A stretch of 64,000 bases of DNA, from NCBI GenBank assembly GCA_002633005.1, contig NMRA01000564.1, positions 1 through 64,000 on the forward strand, read 5' to 3'. The position numbers were made by a program, and so were the translations under genes. The stretch comes from Phoronis australis. Its lineage: Eukaryota; Animalia; Phoronida. Of this stretch, positions 28,001 through 40,000 are shown one piece after another. The notes below the pieces were generated by a model. That model was given only the letters and a program-made list of their open reading frames with translations, had not been told where the DNA came from and did no database searches. The first letter of the stretch is position 1. Each line of letters starts with the position of its first letter.

Positions 28001-31000
28001 AAGCAAAGATTTTCAACAATAATACGTGTGTTATTTTATTTTAGACTGCATTAGCATAAATCATCATTTATTTAATATGTTTAATTTAGGAGATTGTTTA
28101 ACTTCCATGAGACCAGAACCTTTATAGAGATGTTTCCTTTTACACCATGTCTGCAAAACGTCCGATATGGTGGTTTATTTTTTTATTTCAGACGGGCCAC
28201 GCAGCTTACAACTAAGTTCCTTAGCGGGTAATCTTCAGCAATATAACGAGTCTCAATGGGGATTTGAGGTTTTTGACAACCAGACCTATATCTTAAAATG
28301 CCTCACCGATGCCGTCAAACCATCGCTGCTCACTTTCGACGTCACTGCCGACTTCGGTGAAGAAAAACCGATCGTCTCACTTCGGTCAGCACAGAAAAAT
28401 ATCTTTACGAAGGAACTTGTTTTTACGGCCACAAAAGAACATAATTTCAAGCAAGTCATTTTCCACGCAGTCAATGGTGTCGACAGAACCATGCATGCGA
28501 CTGCAGCTGTTACCATAAAAGTTATATGTGAGTCTTTATGCAATTTAAATGTGTTGCTCTTGAAGTGGCTATACCTAAGCGTTCCGTCGCTAAACAGCAT
28601 CTTGAGACAACGTATTTTAATTAAACCTGTCTCAAGTTACAGTTTTGCCAGGGCTTCGAAGGTACTCGCACTTCGTTACTGTTTGTTAACAGGGTCTAAC
28701 CAATAAGTACTGTACAAGGTGGCTTGCCGCGTCATAACGATTTATGAATTGAGTGCAGTGTCAGGTCTTTGCAAAACCCAGAAGTCACCATCCAATGAGT
28801 AAGTAACAAGCGGCCAGTTCATAGGGAAATTGTCAGTCTTTTGGATGAAACTCTCCGGGACCAAGACAAAAGACGTCACACTTGTGAGATCCATGCGACA
28901 GTCGTGAGCGCGTCGCATGGTTATCGCCTATTGTTTTCCTTTGAAAGCATGAAAATTTTGAGACGTCCAGTTGAGAAAACAGATCAAGTTTGAGTCTAAT
29001 ACTGGAATAAAAACTTACAAAAATTAGCGACGTTGCGTCCGCATCTCACGGACTTCAGTTTGGCTTGTGACGTTATCGTTATTCTGGCCAATTGGTGGCG
29101 TTTTGGCTAAACGGCGCGGCATTGACGTCAGTACACCATCCCATACGTGTAACAAATTGAATCGTAAACCGCCTCTTTTATTTGAAGAGGGACTCTCAAT
29201 GCCCTCATGGAGAGCTTCCTTTACACCCCTTTTGAACCAGTTATCCTCTGCCGCTGAAAGTGTGATGCACAAAAACCCTATCGATTACAATAGTACACCC
29301 TCAAAACTAAAAATAGCCATTTCTTTTAGACGGCTGTGACTTTTTATATTCTACAGTTTCAGAGCCAGTACGTTCCCGCTGTTCATTTCCAATTCCATTA
29401 CGCGGTGATCAATAGAACAACACTAAGACAAAAACATAACACAAGAGGTTACAGATTGTAGTAGGGACCCCTTCAGGCTTCTCAGACACTAGGGAGGTGT
29501 CCAGACTGGCGGGACTATTTCGAATCGTTGCTAGAGCTGACCATCTCAATGAATACAACAATCTAGCACGATTCTGCACCGCAAACATAAACACAGCGAG
29601 AGATCAAGTGAGACAAGTGTACACTATTCAATCTTAAAAATCTTCCTATTCCGCGGTATGTCAGGTCGCGATCAGCCAATCAGATTCATCATTAGCATGC
29701 AAGCTTTCAGATGTACAAAATTATACATGTGTGTACCGTAAGTACTTGGGAATGTATTGGAATGATCTACTTATCGTGATGCCTAATTTTTGTTTTCTTT
29801 TTGAGAAGTTTATCAAAGCACTTGAAAATCCCATGAACAAAAATAGAACTCAATACACTGACCTCTACTTTTCATAGTATTGACATTATTGTGCTTATGA
29901 GCTGAGACCTTTGTTTTCGTCAAACTTCAGACGGTCCAAGCAGAATTGCTCTCGTTCTTTCCGGTCAGAATGGACAATTATGGAAGTTGAGACTTGGCCA
30001 AGCTTACACTTTCGTTTGCGAAGTTGACGAGGTATACCCTAACGTCGCGTTTTCGTGGTTTCCACCCGGTGTTGCTCGACGTAGATCCAAAGGCAAAGGA
30101 CAGTTTGGAGGCGTATTGTACAAAAGCTATATGGAGAAGAACTTGACCAGCACCGACCATCACATTGGATGTGAAGCAAAGAACACCTATCACGAATCGT
30201 TTGCCTTAGAAGTGAACACCACAGTTTTTCATAAAGGTGAGCTGTACTTACGTGTTGGGATGGAAAATAACCTCAATGAATCCATTAGGGGTAAATTTGC
30301 TCAGCCTGGCATAAAAACACGGCATAGGACATATACACGTAGAAAAAAGGCAAATAGCTGACTTGCGAAATAGCCGCACGCTATTTTGAAATTCACTAAC
30401 CCGCCAAAGGACGTTCAAATGCCATGTAATGCGGACGGGAAGTTTCAACCTACTGGTTTAAAAGCCGGCAAATTCCACTGTTATCGGGTGAAATGTACTA
30501 ATGTCTTACAAGAAAAGGCAAACCTTTGGAATTGTTCCATATACATGTCCCTCTTAAAGGAAACAACGGCGACAAAGCAAGTAGCTGCGACTGATGAAAC
30601 GGTACAATTTCGATCCCAGCCGGTGTCAATAAGATAAAATAAGTCAATGAACATACAGATGTAAGCTAATCAACCAATTGGAGGGACTGACAGTGGAATG
30701 TATTGCTGTTTTAACTTAATGAACCATTACATGTATGTTGTCGTTGAATCTGTGTCCACCAAATCTGAGCCGGGATCAACCGGAAGTCACTATCGTGCTT
30801 CCATTACCGTAGAGAGCGCCAATATGGAGAGTCTTCTATTTTAAAAGGATCATGACTCAGAACATGATGGACAAAAACCTCATTAAAGTGATAACACTAA
30901 ATACAAATTCCGAGTTGCATTATCTTTCTTTTAGCTTTATTTGCATTTGGCATAATTTCTTGTACACACACTGCGTGTCGTGTTGTTGCTCTTTCCAAAG

Positions 31001-34000
31001 AACGCATTCACTCAATAGTTACAGCATTACCATTATTGGAGACGGCAGTTCCATCGCCGTTTTTTCACTGATAGAAAATGTCAATATCAGGAACAGAAGT
31101 AGCTCCGTGACCACGCCTCTAAAATCCAGTTAAGATACTCGCTAACTCGTGATCCTGGACAAGCAGGCATCAGACGCGGGTGCGCTGATTACCCAGACAC
31201 TGATCCGTCGGCGTGTTCGGAACTGGCATGTTTTTATGAAGCATTTTTGGCGCGTGTCTGCTGTTTTGGAACTCGGGACGTGAATTGTATTCGGTGGCTT
31301 GAACATCTACTATTCCCTTCAGTTGATGGTAGCTGGGGACTCTGGAGTGACTGGGACAATTGTACTGCATCGTGCGGGAACGGTGCCATCTACCGGCGGC
31401 GAACATGCGACAGTCCTGCACCACGTCATGGTGGGAGGATATGCGCTGGTGACAGCACACAGTCTGCCAGCTGTTCAGTGCCCACTTCATGCCTTCGTAA
31501 GACCTTATGTTTTGGTGGTGAAATGACGCTAAATATGATATTGCTTTAATAAAAACGCGTTTCAAATAGCTGATTTCTAACAATTGAAATTATTCTACAG
31601 TACGGGTGATCTCTGGATGAAATTACTATGTAAGCTAGTTTACCACAAAGTGATTTTAAATAGGCACGGAACGCAAAAGCTCGCCAAAAATGTGTTTTAA
31701 ATTATAACTGACGAAAGTACCATTTCGCAAAGTCTGGTACAGAGTAATTCCCTTTCCCCTGTGAGGGAATTTCCAGAATAAAATTACAAAATTCACGATT
31801 TTTGAAAATGCTCGAAGGATAAACTCTTTACTCACCACAGAGTTTCTTATCTCCCTCTGCGTTCATAGTAATTCGAAAAACACGTGACTGATAAGACGGA
31901 TATTAACAGCAGATTATCGTGCGTGATTGCACTCCGACTCTGAGGTTGACAGCACAGTATTGGGCAAGCCAATGAAGCAAACAAATTTCCAAAAAGAATT
32001 CCAAGTGTATATTAGAATATACTTGAATTCTGCAATACTTGTATAAATAATTTTAAGCAGTAAACACATCAGTTGCTTCTTAATCGGACTGGCTGCTGCT
32101 TGAATTGTTTTGTTAACATCAAAGGTCAAAAATTACACTTCCCATATAAGGGAAATGTGTTTTTGTATGTCCTGCCATTCTCAGCAAGGAGACATACTTT
32201 GCCGTTGGGAGAAAAATTGACGAAGTGGAAAGCAGTTGGCAGATCTATTTTAAATTTGAAACTAAACGAAAAATGCTTTGATATTAACAAAGATTCAAAA
32301 TTTTACGAAAAAAGGTAAAAAAATGCCTGCTGAGCAGGTTAAATTCTGTTTCAGTGGCTGAGAACCACTTTGAATATAGCAATTTAGTCTGCTTATCGCG
32401 TTCCAGGCCTCTTTAAGAGTGTCTATACTTATCAATCAGGCAAAGATTCTTTAAAATTACTACTTCAGGTCTGACTGACGGAAGCACTGCTCAAAACTGT
32501 CTTCGTATTAATTTTTTTAACAAATTAACTTAATATTCTAAAAGCAACAAAACACTGTTAATTAAGGATTACAGCCATGTTTGGTGACATGGTCTTAGGG
32601 TTTCTTCAACAATATATCAAACATGTACGTCAAAGAAGGTCTAACTGCAGCCATATTTTAAAGAGCCCTGGCACGCAATAAACATACTAAAATGCTATAT
32701 TGAAAGTGGTTCTCTGCTACTGAAACAAAATTCAACCTGCTCACCTGCTATTTTTAACGTGTAGGTTTGTTCGGAAAGATTTTTAATTTTTGTGGACTTC
32801 AAAGAATTTTCTTTTATTTTCAAGTTTCAAAAAGCGATATGTCAACTGCTCGCCACTTCTTCGTTTTTTCTCCCACAAGGCAAAGCACTTCTCCTTATTT
32901 AGTATAGCAAGACATAGATGAAGCAAATTTCCCTTATATGGGAAGTGTGGCTTTTGATTTCAAGCGACTTCAAGGAATCGACTGAACGCATGTGCGCATT
33001 TATCACAAGTCGTTGGGAGATTACAAACTCTCGTGGTAACCACAGTATTTCATTCGCGCGTATTTCAAAATTGTGAATTTTGTCATTTTTTGGACATTTC
33101 CTCCCAGGAGAAGGTGAATTACTCTCTACTAGACGTTGCAAGATCGTACTTTCTTAAGGAATTGTTTTGTGTTTTTAAAATGTCTATCGCGTGTTCAAAT
33201 TAAATACGTCTGTCTGTCTCATTGGGTATACGAAGGTTATGCTTTCTCCCGTGAACAATCATGTATTTCAGAGACATCTCCGTTGCTCGTGGGAAGCTTG
33301 ACAGCCGTCGTAATAATAGTTGGGGTTGCGATTTTGTTGATTATCGCGTGGAGACGCAAACGTAAGATACACCACGAGAAAGCCTTGTGCGAGGCTCCAG
33401 AGATATATGCTGGCGACAGGGGCGCAGAACATACGGAACTAGAGAAAAAAGTATTGAGTTTATCCCCATCGTTGCTGCAATCCTCCAATGAAGACCTTTG
33501 TATGACTGATAGCTTGGTAAACGTTGTAGATAGGCAGTCAGACTTCGTCAAACTAGGAGGAACAGTTTTAAATGAGACAGATCTGAAGAAACTGGGGGTT
33601 GATTTGTCGGTAAATGCACTTTCAGACTTGTCTCGGAAATTGGCAGTTGAAGTTAGTTCAAGGTCTACTAAAGAGTTGGAAACAGCATCTGAAGATAAAT
33701 GTTTGAAGCCTTGCAATCGAGGAAGTAAATCCAGCTTGCGACGGAAAAGCAATGACGAAGATCGCAAACCTTATGAAGGTATTTTGACGACGGCACGGGA
33801 TATTTTTTCTAAACTGAAAAGTAAAATAACTCCAATCAATGCAGACAAGCCAAAGCAGTTGACAGTGGACAACGGGAAAGGGCCTAAAGTTGATTTAACG
33901 GATGTCAAGCAAATCAACGCTGCCATATTTGGAGTACTAGAACTGTTTAAGTTTATTGGTATGGACATTTCAAATCTAAAAGCTGCAACACTTTTTGAAC

Positions 34001-37000
34001 AAGTTGAGCTGACGGAGCCTGTGGTGACACGGTGGGCACAAACGGTTGGAATTAATCTGGAAGAGATTTCACGCGTTAACTCAGCCACCGAAACAGAAAT
34101 GGAATGGATTCAAGATGCAGGTATAGAAATGCTAAAACGCGGAGGAATTGACATATCTACACAATTTGGAAGAAAATTGGGCAAAATGCCAGCAAATGGC
34201 ACGACTTTTCTCAAAAACATCGGCGTAGACCTGAGCAGGCATGCCCAAGTTAACTTGAAGGAGAACCATGGTCTCAAGATAACGCGAGAAATTGGAATAG
34301 AATTGTTGAAAATGAGAGGCTATGACGTTCGTAGAATCGCTGAATATAAATTGACTGTTGACGATTCGGCCTCAGCACAAAAGAATCTTCAAAATATGGG
34401 CTTGGATTTGAGGAAATATAGCAAACCCAGTATCAAGCCTAATGTTGACCTCCGAAAAGAGAGTATGCAGATAGCTAATGAGTTGCTGGTACAACTTCAC
34501 ATAGACATCTTTTCTAAACGTAAACTAAAAGTAAAAATAAATACATTTGATGAGCGCGAGCCCATTAACCAGGGAGATAAATTAATTATCAATTATCAGT
34601 CAAAAAAGGAAAGGATTTTACAGCAGTTTGGAATAGAACTCATTCAAAAAGCAGGTATTGACCTACAAAAAGCAATTGGAAAAAGCCTTAATGAAAGCCC
34701 AACTGTCGACATCCTGACACCAGAGGGCGTTAAGGCATTGGAAGAGGTAGGCGTACAGTATGCAAAAGTGGCGACTTGTGAACTTATATCTCAGTTCGAA
34801 ATTGACCTTCTCAGGTATGCCGCTATTCAATTGTTACTGCATGCTAACGTGGATTTGGGGTCTGCAACCAAATTTTTGTTAACTGGTGGATTTCCGACCG
34901 CGGTTTTAACGCCTCTTCTCAAGTTTATGGGCATCAGCTTAAAACGCAATGCGAAGGCTTTGAAAAGGGACAAACTCGCGAGCTCTATTACTCAGCAAGC
35001 TGGTATTGAATTACTGAAGAGGACCGGTATAGACATCACACAGTTTATTCAAACTGTATCAGAAAAGCGTCCTGAGGATACTAATAACCCAGAAGCGCGA
35101 CGAGTATTGAAAGGATGTGGCTTAGATCGAATTCAACTCGATATCGAAGTGTCGAAGTCCAAACATGAAGCTATTGGATTTCTTAGGTCAACGAGCTTGC
35201 GGCTCTTACGGAAGACTGGGGTCGATTTGGATCCAAGCTCAAACAGGCTCGTAAAAATGGTAGATATTCATACACCGTTAGGTAACGCACTTGTTAAACA
35301 TTTTGGTGTAAATTTTGATGTACTTGATAAAACAGAGCGCGTTGATAAACGAATGTGGGATAATATTCGATTAGCTGCATTTGAACTCCTCAAAACTACC
35401 GGAGTAGACCTTACCAAATTGGCTGACTTGGATATTAACCTAATACACAAGATCAATATACGGCAACACGAAACACGGCTTCAGGAAGTTGGAATTGACC
35501 TCAACAAAATGGATTTCACACGGACTACACACTTGGAAATAGACGCCATCCGACAGGCTGGGGTTGAGTTAATGAAACACGCAAGAATCGATATATCCAC
35601 GGCTAATCCTAACGATTTGATCGACAATTCTTTCCACGTAATATCTCCAGAAGTGAATGAAACGCTGAAACTTATGGGCATAGACATTGACAAGGCATCA
35701 ACGGTTTGCTCCAAAAGTCAAAATGAGAGAATGTTGATTTTGAAAGCAGGTATAGAAATTCTGCGGTTGACAGGAATTGACTTGCAAATGTATGTTAACG
35801 CCATAAAGTCTGAGTGTAAAAGTAATCAGAAGAGTCTGCCTTGTGAGATAGAGTTACTAAAGACTTATGGCATAGACCTTGAACGCCACGAGAGATTAGC
35901 GATGGTAGAACCATCATTGCTCGACTTAACTATGCAAGCGGCCATAAGGCTCCTTCAATCGACTGATATCGATTTGAGAAAGGGGGAGTCATGGAAATCT
36001 CCAAACGTTGAGCCATCGTCACTTTTGTCCGCTTTCTCCATAAACGCTCTCTGCGACATTGGTATTGATCTTGAAAGGCATGCCGAAATTGAGAAAAAAA
36101 CTCCACAAATATTTCATTTGACAGCGCGTGCCGGTCTAGAACTCATTAGACGAACTGGTGTGGATACTAAAAAAGTGGAGCATTTGTTGGGTGCCGAAGA
36201 AAAGAAGATCAATGAGATACTCACAGAACAGCGCTTAGAAATCCTTAGAAATGTTGGAATTGACATGCAACGGCACAACGAGGCTGACCTATCACTTCAA
36301 GATTTACTTGATATCACATTTCACGCCGGCATTGAATTGCTGAAGCGAGCTCAGATTAACCCCCAATTTATTCACGCAATCGTTGACGAAGCAAGCAAAC
36401 AATCATCGCAAACTGAAATGCCGGTGGAAGATCTTCTGAATCACCTTTTGTCGGTGGGAATAAACTTGCCGAAGCACTTAAGCACTGCTAACCATACGAG
36501 TATGGAATTGACAAAACTGGCAGGGGTTGAGCTGCTCAAGCACTGTGGAATCGACATAACAAAGCTGAAAGGATTCAGCTATAAACAAACTACTTTTTTT
36601 GACAAACCCTCATTATTGAAAAACAAGCAGCTTCCGGAACTAGGCATAAACCTACTAGCACAAACGAGAGAACACATGCGAGATCATTTGAGGAAACAGT
36701 TGACTAGACAAGCCGGGTTGGAATTATTAAAGCGCTCGGGCGTCAACTTAATTGCAGAAAATGACGAACTGGCACAGCCTAACATTTTTGACTTGTCTTG
36801 TCAATTATCTACTAACATTTTAGCCAGCATGGGAATAGACCTTGTCGCACATTCCATAATAGACTTATCTAAAAAGAATAACCTGCTGCTTACTCAAGAC
36901 TTGGGATTTGAGCTCCTAAGACGAACTGGAATTGATTTGCGGTACGTTAACTACAAAGATTTAAGTTCTCTGAGAGGATCGGTGGATATGAAAAAACATA

Positions 37001-40000
37001 GAGCAGACATGCTTGAAGTAGGAGTAGATATATCGATGAATCAGATGGCGTGCCTGCCGAAAGCAATTGTCTCCAACGTGACGAGGCAAATTGCATTAGA
37101 ACTTCTCAAACGTAAACAACTTCTGGACAATGAGTACACCACCACTGTCATTAAGAACGATTTAAAGGCTCTTGGAATCAACATATCAAAGCTTAATAGC
37201 ATGGACTTATCAAAGAAAAGGTTTATCGACCTGGCGCAACTGGCGGCAGTACATCTACTGAAAGAAACGGGGGTGGATTTGACTAGACTTGATATTAACG
37301 TTCTAAAAAGTCGCCGAAGAATGGATATTGAGAGCGAAAGCGCAATATCAAAGCTACTCAAACTTGGCGTTAATCTTCAAAGACACAGGGATTTGGATTT
37401 GGCGACCCACTTTGCGCTAGACGTCACGCGACAGGCTGCGTTAGAAGTTCTTAAGATAGGTGGAGTAGACCTTAAACCTGACGATGGTTTGACACTCAGT
37501 ATGATAACAGGGCTTGATTTGAAAACGGGCTTTGGAAAGCAGGTCATGAATGAGTTAGGTATTAACTTAGATCAGCTTAGAAATTCAGATCTGCCAACTC
37601 GGCTAATCGGTAATCTTTGCTTTGAAGCTGGTATCCAGCTTATGATGAGATCAGGCATAAATATGAACCCGCAGTTATTGTGTGATATTAAGTGCCTAAG
37701 CGGTAGATATTCTGCACAGGATATGTTCAAGCACCACGAAAACAGCCTTAAGCGTGTTGGTCTTGATTTAAGCAAACATCCAGGGCGCCGTTTCTTAGAA
37801 AAATGTGGAACTGATTCGGCGTGTAAGACAGGAATCGCGGTACTAAAACGTGCTAAGATTGACTTAGATCCAGGCATTTCATTGTTGCGCCTTGAGACAC
37901 CAGCGAATGTTACAGATCGATTAAAATTGATGGGTTTCGATCGATCATTTGACCAAACAACAGACACATTCACCTTGAAAGATAAAAGTGCAATCCAAGT
38001 TGTTGTCATGCGCTTGATGAAGATCACTGGTATAGATGTCAAACAACTTAAAACGCTTGATCTCAGTCAAATTAAAGTTGAAATGAGTCACTTGAAAAGA
38101 CAAGAAAATATTCGTATCGGAATAGATTTGTTAAAGTATCGCAAAGCTTTCCCTCTAAATATTGTGGGGAAACAAATAGCCTATATGGCTGGAACTGAGT
38201 TGCTTAAACGGACTGTGGTTAACTATACCACAGAAGATTACGATCGCTCAAACAGGTTGATGGGTGCTGACGTTTCAAGAAGAGAAGTTCATAGTATGTT
38301 ACTCAACATGGGAATCGACTTAACACTACACGCGGGCATTGAGATGAACGAAGAAAATTCACGACTCACAGCGGAAGCCGCGTTTAAAGTGTTGCTTAGT
38401 TTGGGTCTTGATTTGAAGAAATTTACTGAAACGCTTTCGGATGATGCACTCCAAAATAATATACCTAGGAAACTGCAGAAAAAGGTGAGCAAAAGGATAG
38501 GACTTGATTTAAAAACGTGCTTATCTTATAGGCTTTCCAATGCAACAGATGTAGTATTGCTAAGGGACGCTACCGCAAATCTATTGAAGTTTGCAGTCAG
38601 TATCAATGAGACGAGTGCACCTAAAGCGGAAGTAGCACAAGAACAAATCGTAAGAGAAACCAAGAAGACCGAGGACACTGTCGCTGCAGAAAAGAAGCTT
38701 GGTGAGCTGTTGAAGCATCTGGAAGAATCTGGAAATCGGTTGAAACTTTTGGGAATTGACCTATCGATAAAAAATTCATTGTCAGCCCCGAAACAAAACT
38801 GCCTGAGAGTAATTGCTCTCAGTGAATTGTTGCTCCACATGGGAGTTAGCGTCAGAAAAATTAAGGACGCCAAAATAGATGATGTCGAGGCGCATGAGCG
38901 AAAATTGTTGAAAAACATAGGTATAGACATGGACATTTTTGATCAAGGGTTTCCCATTATTAAAGGTGCAAAGCATGTACTCATACAAGCCGGAATAGAC
39001 TTACTTAAACGCTCTGGCATCGATCTCACCACGGAACAGTACCAACAAGTAAACAAGCTGACAGGCATCGATATGTTAACCAAATCGTATTTGGCAATCT
39101 TAAATAAACTGGGAATTGATATGGCTAGACATGCGAGAATCAGTCAGAACGGAGGCACGAGTGTTTTGACCAAGCACGCTGCTATTGAAATTTTACGGAT
39201 ACTTGGTCTTGACCTGAAAAAAATAACCGGGCTGTTCGCAGCTGGCCCTTGCACAGAGAGCCCATCAAAAGAAATGAAACAAGAAATCAAGAAGATTGGA
39301 GTAGATTTGGATATATGTTTGTCTCGTCCACTTTCTACTGGGTTGGATGTCTTGCTGCTAATGGATGTTGTGCTGACCTTGATCGCCAGCATTGACGTGA
39401 GACAAGGCGTAGCTTCACCAATGTCTTTAGATAAAACACAACCACCCGGTTCAAGTATTCAAGCCCAAGCGAAAGCAAGTGCGGCAAGCGAGTCAAGTGA
39501 ATCGAGCACAGAAGAAAGTAGCATGGATTCAAGTGAAACTGGGTTAACTGAAAAAACTCAAATCATTCACGACGAAACAATAGTAGATACGGCAGAGGAG
39601 TCAAGCACGGAAGAGGAGTCAAGCACGGAAGAGGAGTCAAGCACGGAAGAGGAGTCGAGTACGGAAGAGGAGTCGAGCACAGAAGATGGTGGAAGTGATG
39701 AAGGTATTAATATGACTTTTCAAGAAACTAAAAACATAACAAAAATTCAAATAAACGCATCATCGGACGAGGAAGTTGAAGCCAGTGAAGAAGAGACGTC
39801 GACCGAAGAAAGTGAAGATGATGGCAGCCCAACACTGACTGCTCGGGAAACTAAAGAGACAAGAACAAGATCAGATGAGTCAGACGAAATGGGGTCGACA
39901 AAAGAAGATGATAGAAGTGATGAGGCAAGTGAATCTAATGAAGAAGAGTCGACTACAGAAGATGGCGACAACGATGATTCTGAAGACGAAGGCGATCAGA

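Noticed and set aside
33136-33271. N-terminal 45 aa of the 2761-aa ORF (TTG start)
   Set aside because: Intronic: overlaps a MITE end and lies upstream of a good phase-1 acceptor at 33271; not a standalone gene.
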